A DNA stretch of 63,212 bases, the filler included, from Reclinomonas americana ATCC 50394 (taxonomy: Eukaryota), in assembly GCA_048213135.1 (NCBI GenBank). It is 3 parts of 3 records of this genome, joined end to end, with 100 filler letters (N's around TTAATTAATTAA, not from the genome) between each part and the next. Parts side by side here need not be neighbours in the genome. Positions count along the whole stretch, not along the records: positions 27,127 to 58,277 come from PS015146.1; positions 58,378 to 63,212 come from PS015148.1; 1 more part is not named here. The stretch is one strand, 5' to 3'. A program made the position numbers and the translations under genes. Shown here one piece after another: positions 48,700-59,074 of the stretch. The notes beneath the pieces are model-generated. The model saw only the letters and a program-made list of their open reading frames with translations, had not been told where the DNA came from and did not search any database. Each line of letters begins with the position of its first letter. The first letter of the stretch is position 1.

Positions 48700-50259
48700 T
48701 CACCACCCCACCCCACTCCTATACACCACCACCTCCGAATCCTCCCCCACAAAACACCGCATCACAATCTCCACCAAGCAACGCACCTCCCCCTCCCCAC
48801 CCCCACCATCATCCCCCGNNNNNNNNNNNNNNNNNNNNNNNNNNNNNNNNNNNNNNNNNNNNNNNNNNNNNNNNNNNNNNNNNNNNNNNNNNNNNNNNNN
48901 NNNNNNNNGCCGAATGGAGGGCCACGCTGGATGCGTGACGTCGGTGGCGATCACGCCCGACGGCCATCACGTGGTGAGCGGGAGTCGAGACGGCACCGTG
49001 CGGGTGTGGTCGGTGGAGAGTGGCGAGGAGGTGCGGCGGTGGGAGGGGCACGCTCGGCCGGTATGGTGCGTCGCCGTCGCCGCTGACGGCCTGCACGTGG
49101 TGAGCGGTGGCGTGGACTTGATGGTGCACGTGTGGTCGCTGGCCAGTGGGGACGAGGTGCGACGGCTGGAGGGACACACGGCGTGGGTGTGGTCCGTTGC
49201 CGTCACTCCCGATAGTCGGTTCGTGGTGAGCGGGAGTGCGGATAAGACGGTGCGCGTGTGGTGTGCGGAGAGTGGGGAGGAGGTGCGGCGGCTGGAGGGA
49301 CACACCGACTGCGTATACTCGGTCGCCGTCGCCGCCGACGGTGAGCAGGTGGTGAGTGGGAGTCGTGACAAGACGGTGCGAGTGTGGTCGACGGTGCGTG
49401 GCCTGGCGGCGAGGGAGCTCGGTGTGGCGCGGTGGGTGTGGGAGGTTGTGNNNNNNNNNNNNNNNNNNNNGCACCTCTTCCCCACTGGCCAGCGACCACA
49501 AACGCACTGTCTTGTCCGCACCGCCGCTCACCACCAGCTGCGCATCGGGGGTGACGGCCACCGAGTGCACTCCGCTCGTGTGTCCCTTCAAACGCCGCAC
49601 CTCTTCGCCGCTCGCCAGCGACCACACACGCACCGTCATGTCCATGCCTCCACTCACCACGTGCCGACCGTCATGGGTGACGGCGACGGAGCGCACCGCA
49701 TCGACGTGTCCCTCCAGCCTTCGCACTCCCTTGCCACTCGCCACGGACCACACTCGAATCGTCTCGGCGTCGCTCCCACTGACAGCGTGCTGGCTGTCGG
49801 GGGTGACGGCGACGCACCACACTGCCGATGTGTGTCCCTTGAGTGCCTGCGAGGGGGGAGAAGGGGGGAGTAGGGGGAAAGGGGGGAGAAGGGGGAGAAC
49901 GGGGGAGGGTAAGGGGGCTAAGGGGGGAAGGGGGGATGGGGTAAGGAAGGAAGGGGGAATGGGGGAGGAGAAGGGGGAGAAGGGAGAAGGGAGAGAAGGG
50001 GGAGAAGGGGAGAAGAGGAGAGAGTGGAGGAGATGGTGGAGGAGAGGGTGGAGGAGAAGATGTAGGAGAGGGTGGGGGAGAGGATGTAGGAGAGGAGAGG
50101 GAGGAGGGAGAGGAGGGAGGGAGAGGGTGGAGGGAGAGGGTGGAGGAGAGGGAGGCATGCGCAGAGGAATGGAAGGGAGGGAGAAAGGCAGACGGGGGGA
50201 GGGAGAGAGGAAGAGAGTGAGAGTGTGTGACAGCGCGTGAGCGACACCTCGTGGTTCAT
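48700..50259 (-). CDS. WD40 7-repeat protein, paralog A (middle contig 48909-49450 inverted in the assembly)
   Basis: MNHE|ALKGHTSAVWCVAVTPD... (3 repeats, minus) + RMEGH... (4 repeats, plus contig) + tail EVRCLVEIVMRCFVGEDSEVV (minus). Confidence 0.8.
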
Positions 50260-50411
50260 GTTCGTGCCCCTCTTGCCACGCAGCATTCTTCACTCACTGC
50301 GTTTCACAGCACTCAGAACTCTCTCTCATGCAGACAAGAGCAACAGGCACCAGCTGCACACTCGCTCTCCCTGTCTCCCACCTTCCCTCACACACATTCG
50401 TTCTCCCTCTG

Positions 50412-50466
<55 letters not shown>

Positions 50467-50869
50467 GCAGCATCAGCAGAAAAAGCCAGCTGTACACACT
50501 CGCTCGTCATATTCTCTCTCACATATGTGCAGACATCAACAACAAGCACCCGCTGCACACACAGTCGTTCTCCCTCCCTCACGCACACTCTCTCACCCAC
50601 ACACCTTCGCCGTCATTCAGCCTCTCTATGCGCGAGCGCTTGCGACGATTTATCCTATCCGACAAATCATGCACGTCCTGAGCAACAGGCATGTTTCTGC
50701 GCTCTCGAAGTTCCGCAAGTCGCCGCGCTGCATGGCTGATGGACTTGACGCACTAGAGCGAAACGGTAGCTTTCATTTCAACAAGCACGGAGACCATGCG
50801 AAGCAAAAACCAGCTGCAGGGAAAACAACAAAGAGTCTCCTCCGCGGCAGGAACCAGGGCCTGAAGAAA

Positions 50870-51466
50870 CAACACAAACACGAGAGGAAGCCTAGCCACA
50901 CACCACCCTCCACTCACAAGAGGGATAGCAGGGACCAGGCCTCCAGAAACAACACAAACACGAGAGAAAGCCTAGCCACACACCACCCTCCACTACCAAG
51001 AGGGATAGAAGGGACCAGGCCTCCAGAAACAACGCAAACACGAAAGAGACTTTGCCACACGCCTCCCTCCACTCAAAGGAGGGATAGCAAGGGCCGGCCT
51101 CAAAAACCAACGCAAACATGAAAGACTTTGCCGCACACCACCCTCCACTCAGATGGAGGACAGCAGCGAAAAAGACTCAAGAAACCACGCAAACACGAAA
51201 GACTTTGCCGCACACCACCCTCCACTCTGATGAGGGAAAGCGCGGACCAGGCCTCAAAAGCATCACAAACACGAAAGAATGCCTTGCCACACACCACCCT
51301 CCACTCAGATGGAGGACAGCAGCGAATAAGACTCAAGAAACAACGCAAACACGAAAAAGACTTTGCCGCACACCACCCTCCACTCTGACGAAGGACAGCG
51401 CGGACCAGCCCTCAGAAGCATTACAAACACGAAAGAATGCCTTATCACACACCACCCTCCACTCAG
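50870..51466. repeat. About 79-bp minisatellite, 8 units, with a dimeric higher-order pattern
   Basis: Core cacaccaccctccactc at about 50899, 50979, 51058, 51134, 51211, 51290, 51369, 51448. Confidence 0.9.
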
Positions 51467-51541
51467 TCTCTCTCTCTCCTCCTCCCCCCTCCCCCTCTCT
51501 CCTCCCCCCCTCCCCCCCCACTCTCCCCTTCTTCCCCCCTT

Positions 51542-52720
51542 TCACCAAAACAGCCGACGATCAACGCAGCACCGATGCACGACCACCTCGGCCTCCTCCA
51601 CAATGAAACACCGCAGCACCATCTCCGGCAGACAGCGCGAATCCACTTCTTCCTCCTCCTCCTCTTCCTCTTCCCCTTGTTGCATCTCCCACACCGCGCG
51701 CAAGGCCGATCGCGCTCCGTCGAGCTCCAGCCAGGAAAGACCACGCGGCGTGTACCACACCCGCACCGTCTGGTCGTAGCCGCCGGCACTCGCCACGTAC
51801 CGACTGTCGGGAGCGACGGCCACCGCGTACACCCAATGAACGTGTCCTTCCAGACGGTGCACCTCCTCGCCCTCATTGCCGGCGCCCCCCAGCGACCACA
51901 CGCGCACCATCTTGTCCCAACACGCGCTCACTACATGCTGACCGTCGGGAGCAACAGCAAGCGAAAACACGGCACCAGTGTGCCCCTTTAGCCGCCGCAC
52001 TTCTTCGCCACTCGCCAGGGACCACACGCGCACCGTCCTGTCGTCACTGCCGCTCAGAGCAAACTGTCCATCCGGGGTGACTGCCACCGACAACACCCAA
52101 TCGGTGTGCCCTTCCAGTCGCCGCAATTCACCACCACCTCCTCCCTCCGCCAGTGACCACACGCGCACCGACTTGTCCCAACTCCCACTCACTAGGTGCT
52201 GGCCGTCGGGAGTCATGGCCACCGACGACACGAAATGCGTGTGCCCCTCCAGTCGCTGCATCTCCGTGCCACTCTCTAGCGACCACACACACAGCGTCTT
52301 GTCCCCACTGCCACTCACCAAGTGGTGTCCGTCGGGAGAGACGACGACACACCGCACCTCTCCCTCATGCCCCTCCAGCTGTCGCACTTCTTCGCCGCTT
52401 GCCAGTGACCACACACGTATCGTCCTATCTGCACTGCCACTCACCACGTGCTGCCCGCTGGGGGTGACGGCAACGGAGAATACGGACCCAGTGTGGCCCT
52501 CCAACCGTCGCTCCTCTTCGCCACTCGCCAGTGACCACACACGAATGGTCTTGTCTTCGCTTCCGCTCACGAGGCGACCGCCGTCGGGGGTGATGGCAAC
52601 GCACCAAACCCTATCCGTGTGCCCCTCCAACACCTGTGCCGATGGTGAGGCAAACAAAAAAGGGAACACGCACAACCAAAGAATCAACTCCAAAGCACAT
52701 ACAGATGCACAAAGAAACAA
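51542..52720 (-). CDS. WD40 7-repeat protein, paralog B
   Basis: Seven 42-aa LEGH...VAVTPDG...VSGS.D.TVRVW repeats plus tail YTPRGLSWLELDGARSAL...CLPEMVLRCFIVEEAEVV; first exon uncertain. Confidence 0.9.
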   Translation of the reverse strand: MFLCASVCALELILWLCVFPFLFASPSAQVLEGHTDRVWCVAITPDGGRLVSGSEDKTIRVWSLASGEEERRLEGHTGSVFSVAVTPSGQHVVSGSADRTIRVWSLASGEEVRQLEGHEGEVRCVVVSPDGHHLVSGSGDKTLCVWSLESGTEMQRLEGHTHFVSSVAMTPDGQHLVSGSWDKSVRVWSLAEGGGGGELRRLEGHTDWVLSVAVTPDGQFALSGSDDRTVRVWSLASGEEVRRLKGHTGAVFSLAVAPDGQHVVSACWDKMVRVWSLGGAGNEGEEVHRLEGHVHWVYAVAVAPDSRYVASAGGYDQTVRVWYTPRGLSWLELDGARSALRAVWEMQQGEEEEEEEEEVDSRCLPEMVLRCFIVEEAEVVVHRCCVDRRLFW

Positions 52721-52864
52721 GACGAGCTTCTCTCCTCTCCCTACCTCTCTCTCTCACCGAGCAGTGACACGCACGCAATAAGTGATGCCACATGCAAACA
52801 CCACAGCCACCAAAGATACGCACAAGCACAGGCTCTCACTCCTACTCTCTTTTATATTCTCTCC

Positions 52865-53350
<486 letters not shown>

Positions 53351-53531
53351 GCACCTTGGTGGTCATTCCACGCTCCTTGCGTATGTGGTCGTATGTGCTT
53401 TTTCGCTTTGCCATCTTGTTTCATCCGATGAAATTTCGAAATCAAGTCTCCCTCCTCACGTCACATGCCTCTTTCCCCTGCACTCGTGTCATTGCGGTGG
53501 CGTGCATACTATTGAATCACAAAAGAGTGCT

Positions 53532-54590
53532 TCACTCCGACCAGCACCATCCAGGCGCACGGCGTTCAACCACCTCGGCCTCCTCCAGCACGAAGCACCG
53601 CAGCACAACATCGACGAGGATCCAGTCACAGTCTTCGTCCTCCCCAACAAACAGTTCGTTGACGGCCAGCACGGCCAATCGCGCAGCCGAGAGCTCCCAT
53701 CCGGCTAGCCCGCGTGGCGTGTGCCACACTCGCACCGTCTCGTCCACGCCACCCGCGCTCGCAATGTGCTGACCGTCAGGGGCGACGGCAACAGACAGCA
53801 CCACATCGTTGTGCCCCTCCAACCGCCGCACTTCCTCTCCGCTCACCACACACCACACGTGCACTGTCTTGCAATCGCCCCCACACACAATGTGCTGGCC
53901 GTCGGGGGCAAGGGCCACAGACCGCACCCACGCACTGCACCCGCCCCACCGTCTCACCTCCTCGCCACTCGCCACAGACCACACTCGCACGGTCTTGTCG
54001 CGACTCCCGCTCACGACGTGCTGCCCATCGGGAGCGATGGCGACGTAACGCACCCAGTTAGAATGCCCCGCCATACGGCACACCTCCTCCCCATGATTCG
54101 CCAGCGACCACACTCGCACGGTGCAGTCGTCACTCCCGCTGATAACATGGTGGCCGTCGGGTGTGACAGCGACAGACCACACCCACCCCGTGTGTCCTTC
54201 CAGTCGTCGCACCTCCTCTCCGCACGCCAGCGACCACACTCGAATGGTCTCGTCCTCACTTCCACTCACCACATGCAGTCCATCGGGGGTGACGGCGACG
54301 GAGAACACTGCATCGAGGTGTCCCTCGAAGCGAAGCAGCTCCTCGCCACTTGCCAGCGACCACACTCGCACCGTGTTGTCCACGCTCCCGCTCACCACAC
54401 GCAGGTCGTCGGGAGTGACGGCAACCGACAGCACCGCACCGGTGTGACCCTCCATCCGTTGCACTTCGCGGCCACTTTGGAGAGACCACAGGCGAACAGT
54501 CTTGTCAAAGCTCCCACTGACGACGTGCTGGCCATCGAGGGTAAAGGCGACAAATCGCACCACGCCAGTGTGGCCCTCCAGGATCTCCGC
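53532..54590 (-). CDS. WD40 7-repeat protein, paralog C
   Basis: Seven repeats plus tail HTPRGLAGWELSAARLAV...WILVDVVLRCFVLEEAEVV; first exon upstream uncertain. Confidence 0.9.
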   Translation of the reverse strand, partial: AEILEGHTGVVRFVAFTLDGQHVVSGSFDKTVRLWSLQSGREVQRMEGHTGAVLSVAVTPDDLRVVSGSVDNTVRVWSLASGEELLRFEGHLDAVFSVAVTPDGLHVVSGSEDETIRVWSLACGEEVRRLEGHTGWVWSVAVTPDGHHVISGSDDCTVRVWSLANHGEEVCRMAGHSNWVRYVAIAPDGQHVVSGSRDKTVRVWSVASGEEVRRWGGCSAWVRSVALAPDGQHIVCGGDCKTVHVWCVVSGEEVRRLEGHNDVVLSVAVAPDGQHIASAGGVDETVRVWHTPRGLAGWELSAARLAVLAVNELFVGEDEDCDWILVDVVLRCFVLEEAEVVERRAPGWCWSE

Positions 54591-54723
54591 AAGCGGTGAG
54601 CCACACGATTCGCATACTCACTATGCAGTACCACACCGAGGCGCACATGCACACACATGCACACTGCACACACACACACCACATATACACACACTGCACA
54701 CACACACGCACGCCACACACGCA

Positions 54724-54755
<32 letters not shown>

Positions 54756-55037
54756 ACAAACACAAAAGCACGCTCACACACAGATTCAGATGCACACATC
54801 CCCATCTCCACATGCAATCACGTTTCAACATATACACACACATGCACCCTGAACACGCACCAGCACAGACCTTTGTGGCCATTCCGCTCCGCTCTTTGCG
54901 ATCCAGTTGAGTTTGCAAGGAATGGTGCCTCACCATGTCCTTTCCACTGCGGTTTGTACGCTGCTCGACTGCTGGCGGCGGAAGCTGTGTTGCTTGTGAG
55001 ACGATATCGATGTCGATNNNNNNNNNNNNNNNNNNNN

Positions 55038-55938
55038 GTCTTCTGCTTGTTGGACATGTAGAGTCTCTGTTGTGCCAACTTTTTCTTCTTTTCCTCCTCC
55101 TTCTTGTTGTTTTTCTTCTTTTTGTGGAGGTCTCTGCGTGCAATCTCAATGGCAGTGGCAACACGGGCAACGACGCTGTGGATGTCGACTTCAAACACTG
55201 GGCGCGCGCCGTTACCAGTCGGCAGAGGGTTTCTGACGTTGATGGGGAGGGTCGCCTTCATGCGGATGTACTCGCTGTTGAGGTGGTGGTTGTACTGACC
55301 TACCGACAAATAACCTTGCGGGCACTGGTTGTACATCCTGCTGGCATTGCATTTCTGTGAGTGAGGGTGGTGCTCGAGGACAAAGGCATACAGCTCACTG
55401 ACGCGGTCGAGTGTGATTCTCTCCTGGGGCTGGCCAGGGCCTCCTCCATGCTTGTTGTTGTGCATTGCGAAGAACTCTGGGCGCTCCTCGATGTCTGCCT
55501 TGTTCCTCTCAGCCAGCTCCATCGAGACAGAGCCGTACAGGTAGTCCATGAAGTTGATCGCGAGCCTGTCAAACTTGACAAACTGCGCGTTCCACACTTC
55601 TTCGGGCGTCTCTGGGTCCTCCCTCAGCTCGGATACGACTTGTACCATCTCCTCCAGACTAGGTAGGTACCTGGTGGCCGTATCCGTAGATAGCTTTTTC
55701 AAGAACTCCTGGCCAACTTTCTTTTCCACGTAGCTCCATTTCATGGGTACGCGGTGGGTCATGGTCATCTGCACGGTCTCCTCCAAGTCCTCGAGGTACT
55801 CCTTCATGTTCTCGAGACCATGGTGGTGGTCGTGGCCTTCTGGCATCTCTTGCTCGTGATCTGCTTCGACTTCGTCGGGTTCGACGTCTTCGTCCTCGCC
55901 TTGAAAGTCGTGTTGGCTTCGTGCATCAAAGTGGTCTT
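55038..55938 (-). CDS. Intronless ORF fragment of unknown function, open across the whole contig
   Basis: About 300 uninterrupted codons with protein-like composition (acidic start, helical core, Lys-rich end), bounded by gaps. Confidence 0.6.
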
Positions 55939-56893
55939 NNNNNNNNNNNNNNNNNNNNNNNNNNNNNNNNNNNNNNNNNNNNNNNNNNNNNNNNNNNNNN
56001 NNNNNNNNNNNNNNNNNNNNNNNNNNNNNNNNNNNNNNNNNNNNNNNNNNNNNNNNNNNNNNNNNNNNNNNNNNNNNNNNNNNNNNNNNNNNNNNNNNNN
56101 NNNNNNNNNNNNNNNNNNNNNNNNNNNNNNNNNNNNNNNNNNNNNNNNNNNNNNNNNNNNNNNNNNNNNNNNNNNNNNNNNNNNNNNNNNNNNNNNNNNN
56201 NNNNNNNNNNNNNNNNNNNNNNNNNNNNNNNNNNNNNNNNNNNNNNNNNNNNNNNNNNNNNNNNNNNNNNNNNNNNNNNNNNNNNNNNNNNNNNNNNNNN
56301 NNNNNNNNNNNNNNNNNNNNNNNNNNNNNNNNNNNNNNNNNNNNNNNNNNNNNNNNNNNNNNNNNNNNNNNNNNNNNNNNNNNNNNNNNNNNNNNNNNNN
56401 NNNNNNNNNNNNNNNNNNNNNNNNNNNNNNNNNNNNNNNNNNNNNNNNNNNNNNNNNNNNNNNNNNNNNNNNNNNNNNNNNNNNNNNNNNNNNNNNNNNN
56501 NNNNNNNNNNNNNNNNNNNNNNNNNNNNNNNNNNNNNNNNNNNNNNNNNNNNNNNNNNNNNNNNNNNNNNNNNNNNNNNNNNNNNNNNNNNNNNNNNNNN
56601 NNNNNNNNNNNNNNNNNNNNNNNNNNNNNNNNNNNNNNNNNNNNNNNNNNNNNNNNNNNNNNNNNNNNNNNNNNNNNNNNNNNNNNNNNNNNNNNNNNNN
56701 NNNNNNNNNNNNNNNNNNNNNNNNNNNNNNNNNNNNNNNNNNNNNNNNNNNNNNNNNNNNNNNNNNNNNNNNNNNNNNNNNNNNNNNNNNNNNNNNNNNN
56801 NNNNNNNNNNNNNNNNNNNNNNNNNNNNNNNNNNNNNNNNNNNNNNNNNNNNNNNNNNNNNNNNNNNNNNNNNNNNNNNNNNNNNNNNNNNNN

Positions 56894-58277
56894 ATCGCGC
56901 AGCCACACGCTGTACTTGCACCTCTCGCGCACCACCACCATGGCATTGCGCCGGGGAGTGGAGACGATGACTCCGACAATGACGACCTGATCGCTGTTAA
57001 TGTTGACAGAGGCCACCACGCAGAAGAGTCAGATCACGACAGTGATGGTGAGAGAGCAAGCCTCGCTGATTCACCGCCGCCTGGCTTGCCACCAGTTGTA
57101 GTTCTCCCACCACTCGAGATGGAGCTTGATGAGTTTGAAGACCAGCTGTTCATGCACGCACCTCAGATGCAGCAAGAGCACCCACTAGGTGACATGGAAG
57201 AGCNNNNNNNNNNNNNNNNNNNNNNNNNNNNNNNNNNNNNNNNNNNNNNNNNNNNNNNNNNNNNNNNNNNNNNNNNNNNNNNNNNNNNNNNNNNNNNNNN
57301 NNNNNNNNNNNNNNNNNNNNNNNNNNNNNNNNNNNNNNNNNNNNNNNNNNNNNNNNNNNNNNNNNNNNNNNNNNNNNNNNNNNNNNNNNNNNNNNNNNNN
57401 NNNNNNNNNNNNNNNNNNNNNNNNNNNNNNNNNNNNNNNNNNNNNNNNNNNNNNNNNNNNNNNNNNNNNNNNNNNNNNNNNNNNNNNNNNNNNNNNNNNN
57501 NNNNNNNNNNNNNNNNNNNNNNNNNNNNNNNNNNNNNNNNNNNNNNNNNNNNNNNNNNNNNNNNNNNNNNNNNNNNNNNNNNNNNNNNNNNNNNNNNNNN
57601 NNNNNNNNNNNNNNNNNNNNNNNNNNNNNNNNNNNNNNNNNNNNNNNNNNNNNNNNNNNNNNNNNNNNNNNNNNNNNNNNNNNNNNNNNNNNNNNNNNNN
57701 NNNNNNNNNNNNNNNNNNNNNNNNNNNNNNNNNNNNNNNNNNNNNNNNNNNNNNNNNNNNNNNNNNNNNNNNNNNNNNNNNNNNNNNNNNNNNNNNNNNN
57801 NNNNNNNNNNNNNNNNNNNNNNNNNNNNNNNNNNNNNNNNNNNNNNNNNNNNNNNNNNNNNNNNNNNNNNNNNNNNNNNNNNNNNNNNNNNNNNNNNNNN
57901 NNNNNNNNNNNNNNNNNNNNNNNNNNNNNNNNNNNNNNNNNNNNNNNNNNNNNNNNNNNNNNNNNNNNNNNNNNNNNNNNNNNNNNNNNNNNNNNNNNNN
58001 NNNNNNNNNNNNNNNNNNNNNNNNNNNNNNNNNAAACGCCAACGCTGACCCGATGACGACAACAACTGCGGTGGTGCCCCGCAAAAGTGTGAGCCAAGGA
58101 GGAGGAGTCGGTGCTCCGGTGTCGCGAAATGACTCCACGACAACTGATGGCGAACGTGTCAATGTTCCTGGCAGTGCGGCGATGGGCGTACGGCTCTCCC
58201 CCCACTCAGAACTCGGTGCTGTCCCCAATCCAGAGATCCACGACGCGCAGCAACAAGTCCCCCTCCTTCAAGGTCCG
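56894..58277 (+). CDS. Two short open, low-complexity coding-like fragments separated by a gap
   Basis: 56894-57203 (acidic, D/E/P-rich) and 58034-58277 (T/G/P-rich) are stop-free on the plus strand; gene context unknown. Confidence 0.3.
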
Positions 58278-58377
58278 NNNNNNNNNNNNNNNNNNNNNNN
58301 NNNNNNNNNNNNNNNNNNNNNTTAATTAATTAANNNNNNNNNNNNNNNNNNNNNNNNNNNNNNNNNNNNNNNNNNNN
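58278..58377. other. Artificial scaffold-joining spacer N44-TTAATTAATTAA-N44
   Basis: Same 100-bp construct; 12-mer at 58322-58333. Confidence 0.95.
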
Positions 58378-58426
58378 TATGAGTGATAGCGGAAGGAGGG
58401 AGAGTGGACCTGACAAAGCACGCAAC

Positions 58427-58902
58427 GTGCTGTGTCAGTGTATCAATCTGCTTGGTCCACAGTCCCGAGCCACCTCCCCAGCCTGTCACCACCATGCATT
58501 GAGTCTATGTTGTCTGTCTCACTCCTCTCTGTCACACTCACACACCATGCAGCAACACAATGGTGCCTCCGGGCTCTCTCTTGCCCTCCACCTCTCGCAC
58601 TCGTGAGCAGCGCACAGTGTGCAAGAACAGAGACTCGCCCGCTGCTGCCACTCCGTCCACTGAGTCACGAGGAATCCGCACATTCTGCACCTGCACGAGG
58701 CTCTCCAGACCTGACAAAGGCGAGTGAGTGAGAGAGAGAGGGAAAGGGCAGAGACAGAGAGAGAGACAAGGGGTGACTTGCCCTCAAACAAGCGCATTTC
58801 GGCTTCTGCGGCTGTCTGCGAGACCATGGTGCCTGCGCGTGCTCTCGCAAAGCCATAGGCGGCCGCGGCAAGAGTGCCCAGTGCACCAAAGCCCAACCAC
58901 AT
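58427..58902 (-). CDS. Alpha/beta hydrolase (ABHD4/ABHD5-like), 5' exons, truncated by the scaffold end
   Basis: MWLGFGALGTLAAAAYGF...AEAEMRLFEG|LESLVQVQNVRIP...LFLHTV...GTIVLLHG|WGGGSGLWTKQIDTLTQH| (HG-x-GGG oxyanion region); donors GCAAGT, GTGTGT, GTTGCGT. Confidence 0.75.
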
Positions 58903-59074
58903 CTCAGACAATCAACGAGAGGACAGACAGACAACTTGCTTTCTCGTGGCAACGCTTTTACTGCCCGCCCAAGTCAGGCAGGCACAACAGAGACCTCAGC
59001 TGTTGCATCTCTGTGGTTGCTGGACAACCTGCTCGACAGCTCATTGCTCGTCGAGCTTCTCTCCTTCTCGGGCA

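Noticed and set aside
14861-49450. Trans-splicing or programmed inversion to explain opposite-strand exons
   Set aside because: All three cases are small contigs bounded by N gaps on both sides; scaffolding mis-orientation is simpler
50870-51466. CRISPR-like regularly spaced 17-nt core
   Set aside because: The intervening sequences are homologous to each other, no cas genes are present and the context is eukaryotic; it is a minisatellite
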